Source: Acidobacteriota bacterium
GTDB lineage: Bacteria; Acidobacteriota; Terriglobia; Bryobacterales; UBA6623
DNA: 64,000 nucleotides
Direction of reading: 5' to 3'
Assembly (NCBI GenBank): GCA_027592785.1
Contig: JAQCLD010000001.1
Location: forward strand, 36,477 to 100,476
The notes under the pieces were generated by a model. The model searched no databases. It was not told the origin of the DNA and worked only from the letters and a program-made list of their open reading frames with translations. A program made the position numbers and the translations under genes. This document shows, piece after piece, positions 57,656-64,000 of this stretch; within the stretch, counting starts at the first letter, position 1; each line of letters starts with the position of its first letter.

Positions 57656-58492
57656 TTAGACGTCAGCGTCTAACATCTCGATGCCGCTCGGCAGATTGAA
57701 GATCTTCTCCTCAATCGGGCGATTCACTTCCACCTCCGACGCGTATTGCTCGAAGATCCGGTCTCCATCGCGTTCACGGCGGATGTTCCAAGGAATAATA
57801 GCGGCGCCCACCTTGCGGTACTTCGACCAGATCGTCTTCTCTTCATACGGGATGCGGCTCTTGGGATCCCGCCTGAGGTAGAGCTGCTGGTGGGGCAAAC
57901 CGTCGCTGCGCCGGAAATAAATCGTGACGAGCTCGCCTTCGGAGTCGGTGATTTCCACCGCTTCGGTCGGCTCGTTGTCGATGATCTCCGCGCCCGCATG
58001 GTAGAAGTACAAGCCCGGCTCGTTTAGCCGATAGCGCAAGTAATAGAAGAAGTCTCGTCGGACGCCGATACGGTATCGATCCAACACATCAGGCAAGAGC
58101 GGCCGGGCCCCGAGATAAGTAACCTCCCAGCCCTTGCCATTGCGGAACACCGAGTAGTAGTCGCCCTTCTCCGTGTAGACTTCGCGGCGGCTGACCGGCA
58201 GCCACTCTGAGTCCGCGTTCGGCTGCATCGCCTCGAAGCGGTCGTCCATCGTCACCCGCGCCAGGCCATTGACCTGCGCGTTATAGAACGAGTAGGCCCG
58301 GCCTCGCGCGGTGACGTTGCGGACTTCTAAGAACGCGTCGCCGCCGACTTTTTGGAGCGCCTCATCGACGATCTGGCGACCTCGTTCCTGGCGTGTTTGC
58401 GCCAGACCTCGGGGCCCGACTAGGAACGCGCCCGCCGCCGTTAACCCGATCGCTGTCCGCCGAGAGATTTTCTGTGAGGCTTCCGATTGCAT
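57656..58492 (-). CDS. hypothetical secreted protein (Tat-like signal; LolA-like fold possible)
   Basis: Start chosen at MQSEASQKISRRTAIGLTAAGAFLV, which is twin-Arg-like. The beta-rich body carries no motif I can name. An upstream Met at 58531 is an alternative start. Confidence 0.55.
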   Translation of the reverse strand: MQSEASQKISRRTAIGLTAAGAFLVGPRGLAQTRQERGRQIVDEALQKVGGDAFLEVRNVTARGRAYSFYNAQVNGLARVTMDDRFEAMQPNADSEWLPVSRREVYTEKGDYYSVFRNGKGWEVTYLGARPLLPDVLDRYRIGVRRDFFYYLRYRLNEPGLYFYHAGAEIIDNEPTEAVEITDSEGELVTIYFRRSDGLPHQQLYLRRDPKSRIPYEEKTIWSKYRKVGAAIIPWNIRRERDGDRIFEQYASEVEVNRPIEEKIFNLPSGIEMLDADV

Positions 58493-58536
58493 CTTTGGTA
58501 TGGGACGCGGTCCCGGCTGACATTGTTGCATGGAGA

Positions 58537-59391
58537 TTAGCTCTTTCCAGGCCGGGGATAATGCCGTGAGAGAAAAGCGTCCCAGCCACCATCTCCCAGT
58601 AGCGCCCGCTGCCACATGAAGACCCGCGCCGAAGCGCTGACCCGATAGCGCGCCTTGGGTCGTTTGGCGGCCAACGCCCGCTCGATTGTTCTCGCCACGT
58701 CGTCGGGTTCACCAGCCAACTTGGCCGCCAGACCCTGTGTGTAGGCTTCCTTCGTCGCTTGCTTCACCTTAGCCATCAACGCCCGATACGGGCTGTCGTC
58801 CTGCTGCGTTGGGACACTCGCAACCGCCGTCTCTGAAAATTCGGTCCGAATCAGACCGGGCTGGATGAGAATGACGTCGATGCCCAATCCACCAACCTCA
58901 AACCGCAGGGCGTCACTGAAGGCCTCCAGCGCGTACTTCGTTGCGTGGTAGTAGCCCCCTCCAGGAAATACCAACGTTCCGCCCATCGACCCGAGGTTGA
59001 CGATCCGGCCCCGTCCGGCGCGCCTCATTCCGGGCAACACCAGTTGGGTAAGAGCTGCTAAGCCAAAAAAATTAGTCTCGAACTGCCGTCGAATCAATTC
59101 GATAGGAGTCTCTTCGATTGTCCCGGACTGGCTGTATCCGGCGTTGTTGATCAGCGCGCCGACCGAGCCGCACTCGGCCTCAACTTGCGCGACCGCCCGC
59201 GCCCTGGATGCCTCATCGGTCACTTCCAGTTCGATCGTGTGGCAGCCCGCACGGGCTAGGTCCTCGATCGACGCCGCGCGCCGCGCCGTCGCGTATACCA
59301 ACCAACCAGACTGGTTCAAACGGAGAGCCGTCGCCCGGCCGATCCCGCTCGAACAACCCGTGATTAGTACAGCCTTTTTCTGGTCGCCCAT
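58537..59391 (-). CDS. SDR-family oxidoreductase
   Basis: 284 aa from MGDQKKAVLITGCSSGIGRATA (TGxxxGIG). It also has NNAG and the catalytic YxxxK (YHATK). Confidence 0.9.
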   Translation of the reverse strand: MGDQKKAVLITGCSSGIGRATALRLNQSGWLVYATARRAASIEDLARAGCHTIELEVTDEASRARAVAQVEAECGSVGALINNAGYSQSGTIEETPIELIRRQFETNFFGLAALTQLVLPGMRRAGRGRIVNLGSMGGTLVFPGGGYYHATKYALEAFSDALRFEVGGLGIDVILIQPGLIRTEFSETAVASVPTQQDDSPYRALMAKVKQATKEAYTQGLAAKLAGEPDDVARTIERALAAKRPKARYRVSASARVFMWQRALLGDGGWDAFLSRHYPRPGKS

Positions 59392-59449
59392 TCGGTTCCA
59401 GTCTACGCGGACGAAGGGTCGCCCGCGATCTCGATACAATGGCGCTCAG

Positions 59450-59929
59450 ATGGGTGCAGTGATGAGTTGGGACGAGTTGGCCGAAGCTCGCAATAGCTGG
59501 AAGGCCGCCGGTGAGAAGGTCGTTTTCACCAACGGCTGTTTCGATCTCTTGCATCCGGGACACGTCCGCGTCCTAGAGAAGTCCCGCAACTTGGGCGATC
59601 GGCTAATCGTTGCTATCAACGGCGATGACAGCGTTCATCGGCTGAAGGGTCCGACTCGGCCCATTCTCGATGAGCGCGAGCGGGCCGAAACGCTAGCCGG
59701 CTTCGCCGCAGTCGACGCCGTGGCCATTTTCGACCAGGATACGCCGGAAGAAATCATCGCTCGCATCGTGCCCGATATTCTCGTCAAGGGGGCCGATTGG
59801 GCCCATTGGGTTGCGGGCCGCGATACCGTTGAAGCGGCCGGCGGCGAGGTCAAGCTCGTGGCGCTTGAGCCGGGCTTCTCGACGACCGATGTCGTCGAGA
59901 AGGTGCTGACCCTGCACGGCGTGAAGTAG
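59450..59929 (+). CDS. D-glycero-beta-D-manno-heptose 1-phosphate adenylyltransferase (RfaE domain II-type cytidylyltransferase)
   Basis: 159 aa: VVFTNGCFDLLHPGHVRVLEKSR...LIVAINGDDSV...KGPTRPI. The track ORF from 58997 is an antisense over-extension across the SDR gene. Confidence 0.85.
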   Translation: MGAVMSWDELAEARNSWKAAGEKVVFTNGCFDLLHPGHVRVLEKSRNLGDRLIVAINGDDSVHRLKGPTRPILDERERAETLAGFAAVDAVAIFDQDTPEEIIARIVPDILVKGADWAHWVAGRDTVEAAGGEVKLVALEPGFSTTDVVEKVLTLHGVK

Positions 59930-59949
59930 GCCGAAGAGAAACCTCCGCT

Positions 59950-62900
59950 TTGATCCACCCTTTCTTAAGCGAACTCTTCGACGAGCTTGCCCGCCAGCCC
60001 GCGTTCCTCGAAGCGGTACAAGCAATCCGCCTCGGAGAGCCGGCGAACATCTCGATCGGCGGACCCAGCCTGACGGCGCAAGCTGTCCTTGCTGTGTTGC
60101 TTCAGCGAGCCGTTGATCGGCCGGTCCTCGTCATTGCTCCAAACTCCGCTTCCGTCGATGTGCTGCTCAATGCGGCCGAGGCAGTCGATGATCTGCTAGG
60201 GCCGCAGGCCCAGCGAGTCGGGCCTTTGGCCCTCCCCGCCCACGACGTGACGCCGTTCGACGGCCTATCGCCGCACGCCGACGTCAGCGAAAAGCGAGGC
60301 ATCGCCTTGTGGCGGCTGGCCCACGGCTCGGCGTCGGTCGTCGTCGCGCCGATCGCCTCGGCGCTCATCAAAACGGCTGCGCCGGCCTTCGTCCGCAACC
60401 TGGCCTGGTCGATCAGCATTGGCGACGAGTTCTTCCTCGAGGACCTAGAAGCCGGCCTCGCGGCGGTCGGTTACGTTCGCCATGAACCAGTCGAAATGGC
60501 TGGCCAATTCTCGATTCGCGGCGGCATCTTCGATGTCTTCTCTCCTGAATCGGAAGCGCCAGTCCGTATTGAAATGGCCGGCGATCAGGTCGAGTCGATT
60601 CGCGAATTCGATCCCGAGACGCAAAAGAGCCTGCGGCCGGTCCGCTCGACCGTGATCCTGCCGGTCTCCGAACACCCCGTCTCGGCTGAGGGCGGCGCCG
60701 ACCAGTTGCTCATCCTCAAGCCAGGATGGGAGTTTTCAGCTGCCATCGCCGCGAAACGCCAATCAACGGTCCTCGACATGAACGAGCGGGCCATTGTCCT
60801 CTGGTGTGAGCCCGGACTGGTCCAACCAGAAGCCGACAAGCGTTGGGACCGGTTGAGAGCCAAGAGCGGTCGGGACGATCAACTGGATCCTTCTGAGTAT
60901 TACCTCGAACTGGACGAACTCCGAGAGCGTGCCGCTGCGTTCGACCAGGTTTCCTTCGAGAATCTTGGCTCGGGTGAATACGAGGACGCCCTCGAGCTAA
61001 GAACGAGTCGCACCCCCCGCTTCCAAGGCGTGATCTCCCACGCCATGCAAGAGCTGAAGGCTCGCGTAGCGGAAAAAAATGGCGTCCTTGTCGCCGGCGC
61101 CTCGCTCGGCGATGTCGAGCGCTTGGCCGACATCTTCACCGAGTACGGCATTCCCTATCACCTCCTGCTTGGCGAGCAGGCTCGCCAACTCAGCCCTTAC
61201 TTGCAAGAACGGGCGACGCTGGCCGGCTCAGGGCACGGAGCGCTCATCGTCCGGTCCGCTCTGACCGACGGCGTGGCCTTCCCCGATGCACGGATCATTC
61301 TCTATGGCAGCGAAGACGTCTTCGCTGCTTCCGAACTGGTCGCTCGACCGGAGAAGCGTAAGTCTGTCGCTTCCACGTTTCTCTCTGATCTCGAGGACCT
61401 CGCGGTGGGCGACCTGGTTGTTCACTCCGAGCACGGCGTCGGCCGCTACCAGGGAATGACGACGATCTCTCAAGGGTCCCGGCAAGAAGACCTGATGGTG
61501 ATCGAGTACGCCGAACGCGCCAAGCTGTACGTCCCTCTTTCGCGGCTCGATCTTATCCAGAAACATCACGGTTCTGGGGGCCGCCAGCCGAGTCTCGATC
61601 GCATGGGCGGGCAGACCTGGAACCGCACCAAGTCCAAGATCAAGGCTCGGCTGATCGATATGGCCGACGAGTTGCTCAAGCTCTACGCCGAGCGTCGAAT
61701 GGCGGAAGGTTTCTCTTTCTCGCCCGACGGCGAGTTCCAGCGCGAGTTTGAAGACTCGTTTAAGCACACGCCCACCAAAGACCAACGCCAGACCGTCAAA
61801 GAAGTCAAGAAGGATATGGAATCGTCCACCGCGATGGATCGACTCATCTGCGGCGATGTCGGCTTTGGCAAAACCGAAGTCGCTATGCGCGCCGCATTCA
61901 AGGCCCTCGGAGACGATAAACAGGTAGCGGTGCTGGCGCCGACTACGGTCCTGTCGTTTCAGCATTTCGAAACCTTCAAGCAGCGCTTTGCCTCCTTCCC
62001 CGTCACCGTCGAGATGCTCAACCGTTTCCGCTCCCCGAGCGAGCAGAAAGAAATTCTTGAGCGCGTCGTCGCGGGGCGAGTCGACATCTTGATCGGCACC
62101 CACCGCATCCTGTCTAGAGACGTCGAGTTCGCGGACCTCGGTCTGCTGGTTGTCGACGAGGAACAGCGTTTCGGCGTCCGCCACAAGGAGCGCTTGAAAC
62201 AGATGCAGAAGAATGTCGACGTGCTCAGCATGAGCGCGACGCCCATTCCCCGGACGCTGCACATGTCTCTGGTCGGTTTGCGCGATATCTCCATCATTCA
62301 GACGCCACCCAAGGATCGCTTGGCGATCCAAACCGTCGTCTCCCCCTTTTCCGAAGCCCTGATCCAAACCGCCATCGAGCGCGAACTCGGTCGCGGAGGG
62401 CAGATCTACTTCATCCACAACCGAGTCGAATCGATCTGGGAAATGGCGGCCCTCGCCCAGAAACTGGTTCCCTCGCTGCGCATCGGTGTCGGGCACGGCC
62501 AACTCCCCGAGAAAGAACTTGAGAAAGTCATGCTCAAGTTCATGAACCACGAGTACGACATGCTCATGGCGACCACGATCGTCGAGAACGGTCTCGACAT
62601 CCCCTTGGCGAACACGATTCTGATCAATCGGGCCGAGAACTATGGCCTGTCCGAGCTTTATCAGCTGCGCGGCAGAGTCGGCCGGTCCGACCGTAGGGCC
62701 TACGCCTACCTGCTGGTTCCCGAAGACAAAGAGCTAACCGACATTGCCCGCAAGCGCCTGGCGGCATTGAAGGAGTTCAGCGAACTGGGTTCCGGTTTCA
62801 AGATCGCGGCCCTCGACTTGGAGTTGCGCGGGGCAGGCAACCTGCTCGGGGCCGAACAGAGCGGACAGATTGGCGCAGTCGGATTCGAGACCTACTGTCG

Positions 62901-63387
62901 CTTGTTGGAGGAGACCGTCCGCGAGCTCCGCGGCGAGGAGGTGGAGGTCGACGTACGCACGAATCTACGGCTCCAAATCGACATCCACATCCCGCCGGAC
63001 TACATCGCCGACGAGGCGCAGCTACTTCGCGCCTATAAACAGTTGGCCGGTATCGCTTCGGACGAGGACCGTGACAGCGCCGCCGCTGCGTTGGCTGATC
63101 GTTACGGGCCGCTGCCCGAGGCCGTCGTGAACTTAATGGACTATGCCATGCTCAAGAGTCTCGCCGAGCGGCTGCGGGTTGAGGCCATAGAACGCCGCCA
63201 AGCCCGCATCTCGCTACGTTTCCGGGAGGACTCCAAGATCGACCCCGAGCGCCTGATGCGTTATGTTGCCTCGACGCCAGGCGTCTCGTTCTCGCCGACC
63301 GGGGAAATGCAATGGAGCGGGGCGCCCACGGAGGGACCTCGACTAATGCATGCCTTACGCGAGCTCCTGGGCCGGATCGCGGCCTAG
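59950..63387 (+). CDS. mfd: transcription-repair coupling factor
   Basis: 1145 aa with a UvrB-homology N-terminus and an RNAP-interaction domain. The SF2 translocase motifs are GDVGFGKTEVA and DEEQRFG. A TRG motif region and C-terminal domain follow. The start codon is TTG. Confidence 0.95.
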   Translation: MIHPFLSELFDELARQPAFLEAVQAIRLGEPANISIGGPSLTAQAVLAVLLQRAVDRPVLVIAPNSASVDVLLNAAEAVDDLLGPQAQRVGPLALPAHDVTPFDGLSPHADVSEKRGIALWRLAHGSASVVVAPIASALIKTAAPAFVRNLAWSISIGDEFFLEDLEAGLAAVGYVRHEPVEMAGQFSIRGGIFDVFSPESEAPVRIEMAGDQVESIREFDPETQKSLRPVRSTVILPVSEHPVSAEGGADQLLILKPGWEFSAAIAAKRQSTVLDMNERAIVLWCEPGLVQPEADKRWDRLRAKSGRDDQLDPSEYYLELDELRERAAAFDQVSFENLGSGEYEDALELRTSRTPRFQGVISHAMQELKARVAEKNGVLVAGASLGDVERLADIFTEYGIPYHLLLGEQARQLSPYLQERATLAGSGHGALIVRSALTDGVAFPDARIILYGSEDVFAASELVARPEKRKSVASTFLSDLEDLAVGDLVVHSEHGVGRYQGMTTISQGSRQEDLMVIEYAERAKLYVPLSRLDLIQKHHGSGGRQPSLDRMGGQTWNRTKSKIKARLIDMADELLKLYAERRMAEGFSFSPDGEFQREFEDSFKHTPTKDQRQTVKEVKKDMESSTAMDRLICGDVGFGKTEVAMRAAFKALGDDKQVAVLAPTTVLSFQHFETFKQRFASFPVTVEMLNRFRSPSEQKEILERVVAGRVDILIGTHRILSRDVEFADLGLLVVDEEQRFGVRHKERLKQMQKNVDVLSMSATPIPRTLHMSLVGLRDISIIQTPPKDRLAIQTVVSPFSEALIQTAIERELGRGGQIYFIHNRVESIWEMAALAQKLVPSLRIGVGHGQLPEKELEKVMLKFMNHEYDMLMATTIVENGLDIPLANTILINRAENYGLSELYQLRGRVGRSDRRAYAYLLVPEDKELTDIARKRLAALKEFSELGSGFKIAALDLELRGAGNLLGAEQSGQIGAVGFETYCRLLEETVRELRGEEVEVDVRTNLRLQIDIHIPPDYIADEAQLLRAYKQLAGIASDEDRDSAAAALADRYGPLPEAVVNLMDYAMLKSLAERLRVEAIERRQARISLRFREDSKIDPERLMRYVASTPGVSFSPTGEMQWSGAPTEGPRLMHALRELLGRIAA

Positions 63388-63493
63388 CCGGTTTGGCGGA
63401 CTTTGTCTCTTCCGGCTGAAACCACTACTATGAGTAAAGCGTACTTTGGATAGTTGTGCACAGGCGTTGCCGCCGGGCCGCAAATCGAACATT

Positions 63494-64000
63494 ATGAGTC
63501 TCTTACGCTTTACCCTTCTGTTCCTGTCCGTCGCTGCCGTCAGTTTCGGCGAGACGGCAATCGTGGAAGAGATCATCGCCAAAGTCAGCGGCGAGATCAT
63601 TCTGCGGTCTCAACTGGAGAATGCCCTCGCGGAGCTTCGCCGCGAAGTTGAGGCGGATCAGGAGACTACCCCCGAGCAGAAGCAGGAGTTGCTGGAAAGA
63701 CGCGAGAAGAACATCCTTAGCGATCTAATCGACGAGCGCTTGCTGGTGGAAAAAGGGGATGAGTTAGGCGTTAATGTCGAGGCCGACGTCTTGCGTCAGC
63801 GCGACGCGCTCATGAAGCGGGCCGAGATCACCGATATCGAAGAGTTCGAGCGTTGGGTCAACCAACAGACGGGCATGCCGATTGAGGATCTCATGGACAG
63901 GATGCGTCAGCAGTTCATGACCCAGGCGGTAATCGGTCAGCAGGTCAGCAGCCGCATCACCGTTAGCCGCGAAGAGATCCAGCAATACTACGACGAGCAC
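63494..64000 (+). CDS. SurA N-terminal-domain periplasmic chaperone/PPIase family protein, 5' partial (continues past the window end)
   Basis: Hand translation gives MSLLRFTLLFLSVAAVSFGETAIVEEIIAKVSGEIILRSQLE...ERLLVEKGDELGVNV...VSREEIQQYYDEH. This is a signal peptide plus the SurA_N pattern. It is absent from the ORF track because no stop codon lies within the window. Confidence 0.75.
   Translation, partial: MSLLRFTLLFLSVAAVSFGETAIVEEIIAKVSGEIILRSQLENALAELRREVEADQETTPEQKQELLERREKNILSDLIDERLLVEKGDELGVNVEADVLRQRDALMKRAEITDIEEFERWVNQQTGMPIEDLMDRMRQQFMTQAVIGQQVSSRITVSREEIQQYYDEH

Overview
This is a GC-rich, gene-dense bacterial chromosomal segment. It is probably from Acidobacteriota, Solibacter/Bryobacter-like. 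That is an inference from a subtilase carrying the Solibacter-type C-terminal repeat domain, a Ser/Thr kinase fused to TolB-like propeller repeats, and FG-GAP/VCBS proteins.

The content is mostly housekeeping:
- a TolC-MFP-RND efflux operon
- smc, rpmE and a secreted S8 peptidase
- pyruvate carboxylase
- a heterodimeric ABC exporter
- a xanthine-dehydrogenase-family M/S/L operon
- RNase E/G
- the mreBCD-mrdA-rodA operon
- ftsY-ribD-ribE-...-tsaB
- an Rrf2 regulator with cysK
- mfd and a partial surA-like gene

The only mobile-element trace is a 3' remnant of a tyrosine-integrase gene abutting a tRNA-Leu(UAA). I saw no CRISPR array, no rRNA, no intact mobile element, and no convincing novel multi-gene system such as a defence island.

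The items most worth a second look are:
1. A single in-frame TAG inside an otherwise intact pyruvate carboxylase, at the HxHD-T-SG motif.
2. An RNase E/G whose S1 domain carries a roughly 290-aa insert built of Arg-rich, acidic and Arg-rich charge blocks.
3. A frameshifted hutI-like gene with degenerate catalytic residues next to an intact formimidoyltransferase.
4. A second in-frame stop (TAA) in a secreted-protein gene beside the integrase remnant.
5. A DUF2892 mini-protein translationally coupled to the RND pump.
6. An orphan Flp pilin gene.

All calls come from hand translation and motif recognition. No searches or computations were run.
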